Assembly: GCA_050736975.1 (NCBI GenBank)
Contig: JBOHXL010000016.1
Coordinates: forward strand, 2,208-66,207
DNA length: 64,000 nt
Source of the DNA: Chthoniobacterales bacterium
Lineage (GTDB): Bacteria; Verrucomicrobiota; Verrucomicrobiia; Chthoniobacterales; UBA10450
Reading direction: 5' to 3'
Part shown: positions 35,501-46,239 of the stretch, piece after piece
Position numbering within the stretch: the first letter of the stretch is position 1
Layout: every line of letters begins with the position of its first letter
Position numbers and translations under genes: made by a program
The notes under the pieces: generated by a model
The model's database searches: none
What the model was told of the DNA's origin: nothing
What the model saw: the letters and a program-made list of their open reading frames with translations, nothing else

Positions 35501-37141
35501 TCAATGCTGCTGCAAAAAGCGATGCAATTCTTCCGCCAACTTTTGGCCTATCCCTTCGGTCGATGCAATTTCTTCCACGCTCGCTTTGCGCAGCCGTTGC
35601 ACGGAACCGAACTTTCGCAGGAGAAGACTCTTGCGGTTTTGGCTCACCCCGGGACAATCGTCGAGGATGCTTTCACCGATCCGTTTCTTCATCAGGAGCT
35701 GGTGATAGGTATTGGCGAAACGATGCGCCTCATCGCGGATGCGCTGGAGCAAACGGAGCGCGCCAGAGTCCTCCGGCAGTTGCAGCGGCAGCGCCCGGCC
35801 GGGTCGATAGATTTCCTCGAATTCCTTGGCCAACCCAATGATGGGTAGCTCATGCAATCCAAGCCGCTGCAACTCGTGGCAGGCGGAGGAAAGCTGGCCC
35901 TTGCCACCGTCAACGATGATTAGATCCGGAAGCCTAACGAGCGGCGGGGCGGTGCTCGAGCCGCTCTCGCGCTTGTCATTGCGAGCCGTAGCCGCGCGAC
36001 GAAGGACCTCGCGAGTGTCGTGCGACGTTGTCGGCGGTTCGGGAGGGCAACTCAGGCGAGCGAGCGCTTCCACCGGGTTCTCCTGCGAAAAATCCGCCGC
36101 CTCCGGATTTGTCTCCCGCGCCTGCAACAAGACCCGGGCATAACGGCGCCTGACGACCTCCGCCATGCTGGCAAAGTCATCCTGGCCTTCTACCGTCCGT
36201 ATGCGGTAGCGCCGGTAATTGTTCTTGTCCGGGATGCCGTCGCGAAAGGCCACCATCGATGCGACCACGTGCGTCGTGGAAATATTTGAGATGTCGAAGC
36301 ATTCCATCACTTTCGGCGGATGGGGCAGTTGGAGCGCGTCAGCCAGCGCCTGGACATCGGCCTGCGGGTCGATCGCGCTCGGCAGGCTGTGGCGCGTAAA
36401 ACGCCGCATCGGCTTTGTCGTGCGCCGCAAATCTTCCAGCATGTTGCGCAACTCGGCTGCTTTTTCGAACTCCAGTTTTTCTGCCGCCTTCCGCATCTCG
36501 TCCTCGAGCGCATGGATCATTTCGCGCGACTGCCCCTCGAGAAAATCGGCCGCCTGCGCGACCCGTTGGCGATAGGTGGCGGCGTCGATTTCGCTCAATC
36601 GCATCGGCACCTGATAAGTGGATGACTTTAACTCACGCTCGGTCGGCGCCCCGCGCCCGAAGGTGAGGACGCCAAATTTCTTGCGCATGAAATTCAGCGT
36701 CTGGCGAAGCGCGCCGGCGTGCGCATAGGGCCCGAAGTAGCGCGCGCCGTCATCTTTCTTGAAACGCGCCAGGCGAAAGCGCGGCCACTCCTCGGTCGGA
36801 TCGACCTTGACGACGAGGAAGCGTTTGTCGTCGCGAAACGAAATGTTGTAACGCGGCCGATATTCCTTGATCAGCTTGCCCTCAAGGAGGAGCGACTCGG
36901 CCTCGCTCGCTACCGTGTGCGTTTCAAAATCCCAGACCGCCTCGAGCATGGCGCGCGTCTTCAGGTCGGCCACTGCCATTTTCGACGGCATGAAATACGA
37001 GCCGACACGTTTGCGCAGGTCGCGCGCTTTGCCGACGTAGATGACGCGACCGAACCGGTCGCGCATCAGGTAGACGCCGGGCTTGTGCGGCACCTCGTGC
37101 ACTTTCTTGTTCAGGTCTGGCTTTTCCTTCGACAGCGGCAC
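35501..37141 (-). CDS. uvrC: excinuclease ABC subunit C
   Basis: GIY-YIG N-terminus (GVYLMRDRFGRVIYVGKARDLRKRV), UVR domain, RNase H-like endonuclease domain and a C-terminal (HhH)2. Confidence 0.9.
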   Translation of the reverse strand: MPLSKEKPDLNKKVHEVPHKPGVYLMRDRFGRVIYVGKARDLRKRVGSYFMPSKMAVADLKTRAMLEAVWDFETHTVASEAESLLLEGKLIKEYRPRYNISFRDDKRFLVVKVDPTEEWPRFRLARFKKDDGARYFGPYAHAGALRQTLNFMRKKFGVLTFGRGAPTERELKSSTYQVPMRLSEIDAATYRQRVAQAADFLEGQSREMIHALEDEMRKAAEKLEFEKAAELRNMLEDLRRTTKPMRRFTRHSLPSAIDPQADVQALADALQLPHPPKVMECFDISNISTTHVVASMVAFRDGIPDKNNYRRYRIRTVEGQDDFASMAEVVRRRYARVLLQARETNPEAADFSQENPVEALARLSCPPEPPTTSHDTREVLRRAATARNDKRESGSSTAPPLVRLPDLIIVDGGKGQLSSACHELQRLGLHELPIIGLAKEFEEIYRPGRALPLQLPEDSGALRLLQRIRDEAHRFANTYHQLLMKKRIGESILDDCPGVSQNRKSLLLRKFGSVQRLRKASVEEIASTEGIGQKLAEELHRFLQQH

Positions 37142-37226
37142 GTGGCTAGGAGAGTACTGGTGTAGCGGCGGCCGCCTGCCCGCGAACCATTTCGGAGTGT
37201 CGGCCGCATCGAGAGACTAATCGAAA

Positions 37227-38270
37227 ATGTGGGATGTCGCCATCGTGGGGAGCGGTCCGGCGGGCGCGAGCTGTGCGGCGTTTTGCGCCCGAGCGGGCCT
37301 GCGCACCCTTGCCCTCGAGCGCGCGACTTTCCCGCGGGAGAAGGTTTGCGGCGATTGTTTGAACCCGACTTGCTGGCCGGTGTTGGAGCGCCTCGGGGTG
37401 GCTGCGGAGGTGCGCGCGGCGCCGCACGGAAAGCTCTCTGTGGTTGAATTCATCGACCTCAAGGGACGATCGACGAGAGTGCCGCTCCCCAACGGCGAGA
37501 ACTCAGAGATCGCGATCAAACGCAGTCTTCTCGATCAGATTCTCTTGCGTCGCGCACGTTCGTCAGGCGCGGAAGTGCGTGAAGGAGAAACGCTGGTTTC
37601 CGTCAGAAAGCGCGAGCACTGGAAAATCCGCACCGATCATTCCGAAGAGAACGCGCAACTCTTGATCGCGGCGGACGGACGCAATTCGAGCGTTGCGCGG
37701 CTCTGCAGTCTGATGCCGCGCAAGGGACGCGACCGGGTTGCCCTGCAAACGCACATCCCGCTGCCGCGGGGTTTCGGCGACCGGATTGTCCTGCAGCTCT
37801 TGCGGGAAGGATATTCCGGTCAGGCACCGGTAAGCGATGATTTGCTCAACCTTTGCCTGGTCAGCCGCCCTAACGAAATGCCTTCAATCAAGCGCTGGGC
37901 GGAGAAGGAGTTCGCGATTTCGAGCGACCACGCCTGGCGGACGATTGCGCCGCTGGCGCGCCCGGCCTTGCCCGCAAGCCAGCCCGATTTGTTTCTGGTT
38001 GGCGACGCGGCGCGGGTGGTCGAGCCGTTCACAGGCGAGGGAATTTACTACGCGCTTCGTTCCGGTGAATTGGCCGCAGAGGCGATCATGGCCGGAAACC
38101 ACCGGCAGTACTCCGCTGCGCATCGAAAGCTTTACGCCGGCCGGCTTTGGATCAACGCCCTCGCGCGGCATGCGGTGGAGCATCCATGCCTGACGACCAC
38201 GCTGCTGCGCTTCGCGCCTAACGAAAAGCGCGCTCTTGGTTTCTTGACGGCGAAAGTCGTGCGGCCCTGA
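37227..38270 (+). CDS. FAD-dependent oxidoreductase, geranylgeranyl reductase family
   Basis: MWDVAIVGSGPAGASCA dinucleotide motif, ADG.NS and GDAA motifs. Confidence 0.8.
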   Translation: MWDVAIVGSGPAGASCAAFCARAGLRTLALERATFPREKVCGDCLNPTCWPVLERLGVAAEVRAAPHGKLSVVEFIDLKGRSTRVPLPNGENSEIAIKRSLLDQILLRRARSSGAEVREGETLVSVRKREHWKIRTDHSEENAQLLIAADGRNSSVARLCSLMPRKGRDRVALQTHIPLPRGFGDRIVLQLLREGYSGQAPVSDDLLNLCLVSRPNEMPSIKRWAEKEFAISSDHAWRTIAPLARPALPASQPDLFLVGDAARVVEPFTGEGIYYALRSGELAAEAIMAGNHRQYSAAHRKLYAGRLWINALARHAVEHPCLTTTLLRFAPNEKRALGFLTAKVVRP

Positions 38271-38363
38271 AGAAACTCGACGCACGGACGCAACGAAGGC
38301 GAAGCAACGGCCGGGCTTTCTCGCGCACGCCTTCCGGGGGACATGCTTCCGCATCTCCAAAAT

Positions 38364-39245
38364 CTAGCGCGGCAATCTTGCCGCCTTGATCGTGTTCGAC
38401 ATCAACATCGCGATCGTCATCGGCCCGACGCCGCCCGGCACCGGCGTGATGGCAAAGGTTTTCGGTGCGACTTCTTCGAAAGCCACATCGCCGACCAGTC
38501 GATAACCCCGCGGTGACGAAGCGTCCTCGACGCGATTGATCCCAACATCTATCACGACCGCGCCTTCGCGGACGTGCTCAGACCTGACGAATCCGGCCTT
38601 GCCGATGGCTGCCACCACGATGTCCGCGGAACGGGTAATTTCAGGAAGTTTCCGGGTGCGCGAATGCACGACGGTAACCGTCGCATCGAGGCCCTTCTGC
38701 ATGAGAAGGAGGGCAAGCGGTTTGCCGACGATCATGCTCCGACCCAGAACGACAACGTGCGCGCCGCTAATCTCAACGCCGGTTTCTCTGAGCAGGCGCA
38801 AACAGCCTAACGGCGTGCAGGGCACGAAGCCGGTCGCGTCCCCGAGCGCGAGTTTGGCGATGTTCATTGGGTGAAAGCCATCGACATCTTTCGCCGGATC
38901 AAGCGCGCGGATGATGGCCGCCTCGTCGATTTGTTTGGGCGGTGGCGACTGAACAAGGATAGCGTGGATGGCCGGATCGCGATTCAACTCTCCGACCCGC
39001 GCAAGCAGTTCAGCCTGGGTCGTGTCCGCCGGCAATTCGAGCTTCACCGAATGCAGCCCCAATTCCCGGCACATCTTGTCCTTGGACCGGACATAAGCGC
39101 GCGAGGCCGGATCATCGCCGACCAGAACGACCGCGAGCCCCGGCGTGGTGCCCTCCGCTTTGAGCAATTCGATTTCGCCGCGCAGTTCGGCGTAGACTTT
39201 TTCCGCGACCGCGCGGCCGTCGATCATTTTTGTTTGGTTCGCCAA
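38364..39245 (-). CDS. folD: bifunctional methylenetetrahydrofolate dehydrogenase/methenyl-THF cyclohydrolase
   Basis: 293 aa with IDGRAVA...[19 protein letters not shown]...VDGFHP.N...PCTP.G...GRS.IVG.P and PGGVGPMT. Confidence 0.95.
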   Translation of the reverse strand: MANQTKMIDGRAVAEKVYAELRGEIELLKAEGTTPGLAVVLVGDDPASRAYVRSKDKMCRELGLHSVKLELPADTTQAELLARVGELNRDPAIHAILVQSPPPKQIDEAAIIRALDPAKDVDGFHPMNIAKLALGDATGFVPCTPLGCLRLLRETGVEISGAHVVVLGRSMIVGKPLALLLMQKGLDATVTVVHSRTRKLPEITRSADIVVAAIGKAGFVRSEHVREGAVVIDVGINRVEDASSPRGYRLVGDVAFEEVAPKTFAITPVPGGVGPMTIAMLMSNTIKAARLPR

Positions 39246-39340
39246 GGCAAGCGTTTTGTAATGGCGCTTCGCCCGGCTCGCAAATTTTCGCAGCAGGTTC
39301 TGGATCGGGCTTTTTTGGATTCGTTAGGCTGAATGGCGCT

Positions 39341-39991
39341 TCAGCGCATCTCGACCAGCTCCATCATTGCGTCCTGCAATCGCCGACGTTCGCGTTCGAA
39401 GTCTTCTTCGCCCATGGTGGGCGCGACACGATGCGGCGGGCCGAAGATCACACGGATGGTCGAGAACGGTTTGGGCAAAATGAAGCGGTCCCAGCTCTTA
39501 ACCCGCCAGCAGCTGGAGTAATCCATGTTCATCGGCACCACCTCGGCGCCTGATTGCTGGGCGAGAAAGATAATGCCCTGTCCGAGTTCGTAGGCTGGGC
39601 CGCGCGGGCCGTCGGGGGTGATCACCACGTCCCGGCCGCGCGCAATAACTTCGGCCAGTTGTCGAATGGCGCTGGCACCCTTGCGCGAGCTTGAGCTTGA
39701 GCCCCGGACCACTTCGAAACCGAAACGCTCCACCAGATCGGCGAGAATGGCGCCGTCGCGGCTCGCGCTGATAAGGGCGGCGCCCTGTCGTTGCGGCAGA
39801 TAACGCTGGAGGACGAACGGCAAGAGGAGCAGCCGATTATGCCAGAGCGCGCCGATGTAACGTTCGTTAGGCGGAGTGCCGATGACCCCGGCATGATCTT
39901 CGATTTCGAAGCGCAGCGTGCGCGCCCAAACCTGCAGCAGGCGATAGCCGAAAGCGACCAACCACCGCGCGCGCCAGTCTTCGATTTTCAA
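39341..39991 (-). CDS. DUF374-type lysophospholipid acyltransferase family protein
   Basis: 216 aa with ALWHNRLL, ISASRDG and TPDGPRGP motifs typical of DUF374. 4-nt overlap with ubiX. Confidence 0.75.
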   Translation of the reverse strand: MKIEDWRARWLVAFGYRLLQVWARTLRFEIEDHAGVIGTPPNERYIGALWHNRLLLLPFVLQRYLPQRQGAALISASRDGAILADLVERFGFEVVRGSSSSSRKGASAIRQLAEVIARGRDVVITPDGPRGPAYELGQGIIFLAQQSGAEVVPMNMDYSSCWRVKSWDRFILPKPFSTIRVIFGPPHRVAPTMGEEDFERERRRLQDAMMELVEMR

Positions 39992-40557
39992 GACGCGGAA
40001 GGTCGCGCGCCCTCGTCCTTCCAGCGATAGGCGCGCGGGTTGGGGAGATCAAGTTGATCAAGGACGCGCCAGACGACGGTGTCGGCCACCTCGCTGACCG
40101 ATTGCGGCCGGCTGTAGAAGGATGGGATGGCGGGGAGCACGATGGCGCCGGCTTCGAGCAGGGTGACGACGTTGCGCGCATGGATGAGACTCCAGGGCGT
40201 TTCGCGCGGGATGAGGATCAATTTGCGGCGCTCCTTCAAAAAAACATCAGCTGCGCGAAGCAGAGCGCTGTCGCTCGAGCCGGAGGCGATCCGGCCCAGA
40301 GTAGCCATCGAGCAAGGGATGATGACCATGGCCTCGAAGCGCGCGGAGCCGCTGACGAAGGGAACGTTCAAGTCATTCTCAGCATGTTCGGCCACACCCT
40401 GTGGCACAACGAGTTGCTCGACCTCCTGCACCGCGACTTGCCTGGCGTGCGCGCTCATGACGAGGTGCACTTCGTTGGCCTCGGTGTCGATTTGATCGAG
40501 CAAACGCTGGAGATAAATCGTGCCGCTCGCGCCGGTGGCGCCGATGACGAGTTTCAT
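39988..40557 (-). CDS. ubiX: UbiX-family flavin prenyltransferase
   Basis: 189 aa with MKLVIGATGASGTIY...VIIPCSMATLGRIASG...RETPW. Confidence 0.9.
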   Translation of the reverse strand: MKLVIGATGASGTIYLQRLLDQIDTEANEVHLVMSAHARQVAVQEVEQLVVPQGVAEHAENDLNVPFVSGSARFEAMVIIPCSMATLGRIASGSSDSALLRAADVFLKERRKLILIPRETPWSLIHARNVVTLLEAGAIVLPAIPSFYSRPQSVSEVADTVVWRVLDQLDLPNPRAYRWKDEGARPSAS

Positions 40558-40742
40558 GTCGCGCTATAGAACCACAGATCGGGCGAACGCTCTAGGTCGA
40601 TCGAATGCCCCGGGAATTTGGCAGCCAGTCAGCCAGGCAGCGCAGGCATGTCGCATTCGCGAATTTTGGAGGGTCGTCCCGGCGAGAGACCGCGACCAGC
40701 ACGCAAGACGCGTGTTCGCTATCCGATGTCTGTCGGCCCGTC

Positions 40743-42242
40743 CTAGAGATACCCGCTGTTTTTCAGCTTTTTCGTCAGATCGATCTGGCGGAGAAGGAGT
40801 TCGCGGTAGAGCCCACGCGATTGCTTCGACGGCTCGGCGCGCGTTTTTGTCTCCGCGACCACGAGATTTTCGACAAGCTTACCCAGATCGACCGGTTTGC
40901 CCTTCACCTTGTGATAGGTCCACGCCGCCTGGATCGCGGCGCCCAGCGCCGCGCTCTCGTTCACACGCATGGCCACGGTCGGGAAATCAAGAACATCGGC
41001 CGCGAGCTGGCGCCAGATGGCGCTCTTGCTCCCGCCACCCGTGAGACGGATTTCCTCCGGCACGATCCCGAGGTCCTTAAGACGGCGCAGCCCGTAGGCC
41101 AGTCCGAGCGTCGCGCCTTCCACGACCGCGCGGGCCATAAAATCGGGCTTCATGTTTTCAGTCGTTAGGCCGTGGAAAACACCCGAGCCCTTCGGCAGGT
41201 TTGGTGTCCGTTCGCCCCGCAAATAGGGAAGGAAAAGAATTCCGCCCGCACCCGCCGGCGCCGCTGCCATGCGTTCCTCCATGGTGGCGAGGTCCCAGCC
41301 AAACAACTCGCGCACCTGGCCGGTGGCGGCGGCGACGTTCATCGTGGAGGTGAGCGGGAGCCAGTGATCGGTGGCGTCGCAGAAGGCGGCGACTTCGCCC
41401 TTCGGATCGATCAAGGGTTCCTCGGAAAACGCGCAGATCGTTCCCGATGTGCCAAGGCTCACGGTCACGACGCCGGAATGAATGTTGCCGGTGCCGATCG
41501 CCCTCATCATGTTGTCGCCGCTCCCGGCGCTGACCAGCGCGTCATCCGCCAGTCCCCATTTCTCGCGCAGGAGGCTGCGCAACAAACCTGCCGGACGTTT
41601 CGAAGAACGGAGCGGCGGCAGCATCGATTCCAATTTTGGATCGATGAATTTCAAAATCGGCTTGCTCCATTTTCGAGTGCGCACATCCATCAGGCCAGTG
41701 CCAGAAGCGTCGCCGTACTCCATTTGGCGTTCGCCCGTCAGCCAGAGATTCAGGTAGTCATGCGGCAACAGGACACTCGTCAGGCGACGAAAGTTCGTTG
41801 GTTCATTTTCTTTCAACCAGAGCAGCTTCGGGGCGGTGTAGCCCGGCAACATCGGGTTGCCGATGCGCTCGATCAGACCTTCGGGGCCGCCGAATGCCTT
41901 GTTGAATTCCTCGCACTGCGCCTCAGTCGAGACATCGCACCAGAGCTTGGCCGGGCGCAACGGCTCGTTCGCCTCGTCGAGCGCGACCAAACCATGTTGC
42001 TGTCCACTCACTCCGATGGCATTGATTTCTTTGCGACGGTTGCCAACGATTTCGAGGCATTCCGCAACCGTTGCTTCCGCGGCGTCAATCCAGCCTGACG
42101 GATCCTGCTCCACGTGACCCGGCGGCAGACCTTCGATCGTGCCGTAGGCGCGCTGCGCGCGCGCGATCACTTCGCCCGATTCGAGATCGAGGACGAGGGC
42201 TTTCGTGCTTTTCGTGCCGCTATCAATTCCCAGAGAAAGCAT
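40743..42242 (-). CDS. xylB: xylulokinase (FGGY carbohydrate kinase family)
   Basis: MLSLGIDSGTKSTKALVLD, GVSGQQHG and the FGGY C-terminal motif (GGGSKSAIWRQLAADV). Start set at the internal ATG. Confidence 0.85.
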   Translation of the reverse strand: MLSLGIDSGTKSTKALVLDLESGEVIARAQRAYGTIEGLPPGHVEQDPSGWIDAAEATVAECLEIVGNRRKEINAIGVSGQQHGLVALDEANEPLRPAKLWCDVSTEAQCEEFNKAFGGPEGLIERIGNPMLPGYTAPKLLWLKENEPTNFRRLTSVLLPHDYLNLWLTGERQMEYGDASGTGLMDVRTRKWSKPILKFIDPKLESMLPPLRSSKRPAGLLRSLLREKWGLADDALVSAGSGDNMMRAIGTGNIHSGVVTVSLGTSGTICAFSEEPLIDPKGEVAAFCDATDHWLPLTSTMNVAAATGQVRELFGWDLATMEERMAAAPAGAGGILFLPYLRGERTPNLPKGSGVFHGLTTENMKPDFMARAVVEGATLGLAYGLRRLKDLGIVPEEIRLTGGGSKSAIWRQLAADVLDFPTVAMRVNESAALGAAIQAAWTYHKVKGKPVDLGKLVENLVVAETKTRAEPSKQSRGLYRELLLRQIDLTKKLKNSGYL

Positions 42243-42307
42243 GACGTGTCGTCCTTGCCGGCCGGCCGAATTTGAAATCAAGCGTGGTTGGGCGCAATAA
42301 GATAGCG

Positions 42308-42694
42308 ATGATCAAAAAGCTTTTGCATACGCGCTACCGGGTCCGCGACCTGGAAAAGACAGTTTCATTTTATCGCGATGTCCTCGGCCTGGAGGAAGTG
42401 CGCCGCCATACTTCCGGCCGAGGTTCGCAGCTTGTCTTTTTCAAAGCGCCCGGGAGTGAGGAGGAAATTGAGCTCTGCAAATTTGACGAGAGCGGCCCGG
42501 TCGTGGTCGGCCCGGATCTGACCCATCTCGCTTTCGAGGTCGATAACATCGAGGAATTCGCGCAGCAGACCGCGGCCAAAGGCTACCCGCTTTCCGATGG
42601 GCCGCATCCCAACGGCCGCGGCGGCGCAATCGCGTTCATCGACGCGCCGGAGGGTTACGAAATCGAGCTGATCCAGCGCGGCCAGGATCGTTAG
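42308..42694 (+). CDS. VOC family protein / lactoylglutathione lyase-like
   Basis: MIKKLLHTRYRVRDLEKTVSFYRDVLGL...HLAFEVDNI...FIDAPEGYEIELIQ. Start at ATG 42308. Confidence 0.8.
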   Translation: MIKKLLHTRYRVRDLEKTVSFYRDVLGLEEVRRHTSGRGSQLVFFKAPGSEEEIELCKFDESGPVVVGPDLTHLAFEVDNIEEFAQQTAAKGYPLSDGPHPNGRGGAIAFIDAPEGYEIELIQRGQDR

Positions 42695-42733
42695 GCTTGC
42701 ACCGGTGCGCGTTTTGCTTTTAATATTGCACCG

Positions 42734-43633
42734 ATGATCCGCCGAACCGCCGCGCAAATTAGTTACTCCTTGACGATCGTCCTGGCCCTGCTCTGCGTCG
42801 CGGCCTCCGATCCCAAAGCCCCTCAGATCCGCCGTGCCACCGCGGTCACGGACGATGAGATGGCCATTGCCTATCAGACTCGCGAATTTGACTCCGATGT
42901 CATCCCGAGGACGCGAGCCGCTTCCGTCATCGTGGAGGACGCGCGATCGGGCGAAGTGCTTTATGAAAAAAACGCTGATGCGGCGCGCGCCGCGGCCAGC
43001 ACGCAGAAGCTCCTGACGGCCTTGATCGTGGCAGAGGAAGGTTTTCTGGATCAGCGGGTGACGGTGGAACCGGCCGACACCGATGCCGAGCCGGTGCGAT
43101 TGAACATCAAGCCGGGCGAAACCTATCAGCGGATCGATCTTCTTCGTGCCCTGCTGGTGAAAAGCCCTAACGACGTCGCGCGCTGTCTGGCGCGGGATAA
43201 TGCGGGAAGCATCGAGTTGTTCGCAGAAAAAATGAACGCGAAGGCGCGCGCTCTGGGCGCAACTCATTCCAACTTCGTCAATCCAAACGGCCTGCCGATT
43301 CCCGGTCAGCACTCGACCGCCCGTGACCTGGCGGTCATCGCCCGCGCCGCCTACGCCAACTCGACCATTCGTTCGATCGTTTGTCTGCCGCAGCTCGTCT
43401 TTCGTTATGCCAACGGGCGCACCCGTCAGCTCGAGAACACGAACAAGGTTCTCAAGCGCCTTCCGTATTGCAACGGAATGAAAACCGGTTACACCGAAGC
43501 GGCCGGACATTGCCTGATCGCGAGCGGCACCATCCCGGGGCGCGACGTGATTGTCGTCGTGCTGGGCGACAGCAAGTCGGGCATCTGGCAGGACGCTTCC
43601 GCCTTGCTTTCCTGGGGCCTGAGGAAGATGTAG
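42734..43633 (+). CDS. D-alanyl-D-alanine carboxypeptidase (S11 serine peptidase, low-MW PBP)
   Basis: SxxK (ASTQK), SxN (SPND) and KTG (MKTGYT) motifs, with an N-terminal hydrophobic leader. Confidence 0.8.
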   Translation: MIRRTAAQISYSLTIVLALLCVAASDPKAPQIRRATAVTDDEMAIAYQTREFDSDVIPRTRAASVIVEDARSGEVLYEKNADAARAAASTQKLLTALIVAEEGFLDQRVTVEPADTDAEPVRLNIKPGETYQRIDLLRALLVKSPNDVARCLARDNAGSIELFAEKMNAKARALGATHSNFVNPNGLPIPGQHSTARDLAVIARAAYANSTIRSIVCLPQLVFRYANGRTRQLENTNKVLKRLPYCNGMKTGYTEAAGHCLIASGTIPGRDVIVVVLGDSKSGIWQDASALLSWGLRKM

Positions 43634-43656
43634 TCCACGCGTCTTGGGCGCGTGAA

Positions 43657-44832
43657 ATGAGCGACCAGTTTCAAGAGCAACTCGCGGCGCTGCGCGCCCG
43701 CTCTCTCCATCGCAAACTGCGCGAGATCGGGACGGCGCAGGGCCCCGAGGTGGAGATTGTCGGAAGGCATTTGCTCAATTTCTCCTCGAACGATTATCTC
43801 GGATTGGCGGCTGATCCGATTCTGCGCCAGGCGGCGATCGCCGCGATTGAGGAGTTCGGCGTCGGCGCGGGCGCGTCCCGCTTGATCAGCGGGACGCAAT
43901 CGCCCCATGTCGTTCTTGAGTCGGCCCTGGCGCGCTGGAAGGGTACTCCGGCCGCGATCTGTTTCAGCAGCGGATACGCCGCCGCCGTCGGTACGCTGCC
44001 GGCGCTCGCTTCGAAGCAGGACGTTGTCATTCTCGACAAACTTTGCCACGCCTCGCTCATCGATGGCGCGCGCCTCAGCGGCGCGATTCTGCGCGTTTTT
44101 CCGCACAATCATCTCGGCAAACTCGAGAGCCATCTGGAATGGGCCCGCCGCGAATATCCGGAGGCGCGCATCGTCGTCGTCACCGAATCGGTCTTCAGCA
44201 TGGATGGGGACCGCGCGCCGCTGCGCGAACTGGTCGAACTGAAGAAACGCTTCCAGGCGTTTTTGTTGCTCGATGAAGCGCATGCCATCGGCGTCCTCGG
44301 GCCGCATGGCCGCGGGCTGGCGGCTGAGCTCGGGTTGGAATCCGAGATCGATGCGCAAATGGGCACGCTCAGCAAATCGTTAGGCGCAAGCGGCGGCTAC
44401 ATTTGCGGCTCGCGCGGTTTGATCGATTGGCTGATCAATCGCGCGCGCTCGTTTATTTTTTCGACCGCGCCGCCCCCGGCGCTGGCGGCGACGGCAACCG
44501 CCGCGGTGCGTTTTCTCGCTTCGGACGAGGGCGAGGCGCGCCGCAAGACGCTTTGGAGGAGGATTGTCCAGCTGCGGAAGTTGCTGCCCATGACCAAGAA
44601 CGAATTCGGCCAGCCGGCCGCGGCGATCATTCCCTGGATCGTTGGTGATGAAGAGCGGGCGCTCGATTTGGCGCGCGCTCTGCAACAGGAGGGATTTTTC
44701 GTGCCGGCGATTCGTTACCCGACGGTCGCAAAAGGCGCCGCGCGTTTGCGGATCACGGTCAGTGCCGTGCATTCCGCGCTGCAAATCGCGTCGTTAGGGG
44801 ACGCCATCCGACGTCTTGGCGGTCGAGGCTAA
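43657..44832 (+). CDS. bioF: 8-amino-7-oxononanoate synthase
   Basis: Class-II aminotransferase fold with NDYLGL, DEAH and PLP-Lys TLSKSLGASGG. Start at ATG 43657; the longer ORF overlaps the upstream gene. Confidence 0.85.
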   Translation: MSDQFQEQLAALRARSLHRKLREIGTAQGPEVEIVGRHLLNFSSNDYLGLAADPILRQAAIAAIEEFGVGAGASRLISGTQSPHVVLESALARWKGTPAAICFSSGYAAAVGTLPALASKQDVVILDKLCHASLIDGARLSGAILRVFPHNHLGKLESHLEWARREYPEARIVVVTESVFSMDGDRAPLRELVELKKRFQAFLLLDEAHAIGVLGPHGRGLAAELGLESEIDAQMGTLSKSLGASGGYICGSRGLIDWLINRARSFIFSTAPPPALAATATAAVRFLASDEGEARRKTLWRRIVQLRKLLPMTKNEFGQPAAAIIPWIVGDEERALDLARALQQEGFFVPAIRYPTVAKGAARLRITVSAVHSALQIASLGDAIRRLGGRG

Positions 44833-44841
44833 CGGCAGGAG

Positions 44842-45090
44842 CTAAGGGCTGCCGGCGGCGGAGGTGCGCAGCAGCGGGCTCGGGAAATAAGCCGGATTGC
44901 GATTCACATCCGCCGGACCTTGCGAGGGAATATCCGCTTGCGGTCCTTCTCCAGGTGCCGCCGCTTCACCGACCGCGTTATTTGCGTAGCGCGAGCTCTT
45001 GGCATCGGTTCCGTTTTGCGCGGTGTGGGTTGTCGTGCAAGCCGGCAACAACGCCGCGAAGAGCAAACTGAGGGTAAGTTTGGTTTTCAT
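44842..45090 (-). CDS. small lipoprotein, unknown function
   Basis: 82 aa with lipobox MKTKLTLSLLFAALLPAC. Confidence 0.5.
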   Translation of the reverse strand: MKTKLTLSLLFAALLPACTTTHTAQNGTDAKSSRYANNAVGEAAAPGEGPQADIPSQGPADVNRNPAYFPSPLLRTSAAGSP

Positions 45091-45235
45091 TTTTCGAACC
45101 TTTTTTGGGGCGAAAATTCATGCTCGCCCGTTCCTGCTATAATTACTATATTTCAAATCGCGGAGGCAAGTACTCTTTACGGGTCTGGCGCTCGGAGGCT
45201 TCGAGGAAAGACAGGCCACGGCAAGGCGTTAGCGG

Positions 45236-46105
45236 CTAGTCAAATCGCCCCAGAATCGCGAAGAGCTGTTCCCGGGTCGCCACCGGCCAGAGTGCCGGAT
45301 CGGTTACGAGCGCGGTATCGAGCGCGCGATGCTCGGGCCAGTTCGGTTCCGGGGGAAGGCACGGGATGACCGTGCCGAGAATTCGCTTGGCCGTTTCCGC
45401 GTTCGCCAGCAGATGCCCGATCACGGTCTGGGCCGAGACCGGTTCTTCCTCTACTTTCCAGCAATCGTAATCTGTGATCATGGCCAGGGTGGCGAGTGCG
45501 ATCTCGGCTTCGCGCGCCAGCTTGGCTTCTGGCAGGTTGGTCATGCCGATGACATCGAAACCCTGACGGCGATTGAACTCCGATTCGGCGCGGGTAGAAA
45601 AAGCCGGCCCATCCATGTTGACGTAGGTGCCGCCGTTATGCACCGTCACGCCTAACGACTGCGCCTTCTCCGCCAGGAGGTTGCGCAGCGGCGTGCAGAT
45701 CGGCTCGGCAAAGCTGATGTGGGCCGCGATCCCGTCGCCAAAAAAAGTGTGATCGGCCCGCTGGCTTGTCCGATCATAAAACTGCGAAGGCAGGAAGACG
45801 TCTCGCGGTGCGTATCTTTCCTGCAAACTCCCGACCGCCGTGACTGAGATGATCCAGCGCACGCCTAACGAACGCAAAGCGTAGACGTTGGCGCGATGAT
45901 TTAGCTCGTGCGGCAGGAGACGATGGCCGCGACCGTGCCGGGGCAAAAAGTAAACCGCGCGACCAGCCACTTCGCCGCCCACAATGAGATCCGAGGGCGG
46001 GCCAAAGGGTGTGCGGATATCGTGTTCCTGAGGATGGCTGAAGCCCTCAATCTGGTAAAGACCACTCCCGCCGATGATCCCGATCGCTGGTTCGTCTCTC
46101 GTCAT
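45236..46105 (-). CDS. mtnP: S-methyl-5'-thioadenosine phosphorylase
   Basis: 289 aa with IGIIGGSGLY, FLPRHGRGH, VGSL and IGMT motifs of the MTAP/PNP family. Confidence 0.9.
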   Translation of the reverse strand: MTRDEPAIGIIGGSGLYQIEGFSHPQEHDIRTPFGPPSDLIVGGEVAGRAVYFLPRHGRGHRLLPHELNHRANVYALRSLGVRWIISVTAVGSLQERYAPRDVFLPSQFYDRTSQRADHTFFGDGIAAHISFAEPICTPLRNLLAEKAQSLGVTVHNGGTYVNMDGPAFSTRAESEFNRRQGFDVIGMTNLPEAKLAREAEIALATLAMITDYDCWKVEEEPVSAQTVIGHLLANAETAKRILGTVIPCLPPEPNWPEHRALDTALVTDPALWPVATREQLFAILGRFD

Positions 46106-46239
46106 GCGCGCGGCGATTATTCAGAAGGAGAAAAGATTGAAAAGGGGATAATCCGGATGGCTGGGCCATGTTGGCGCCGGCTTCTTGACGGCGTGCAATG
46201 GCGAGGGTGATCCATTTGTGTATCGTTGGGCCCTCGTCG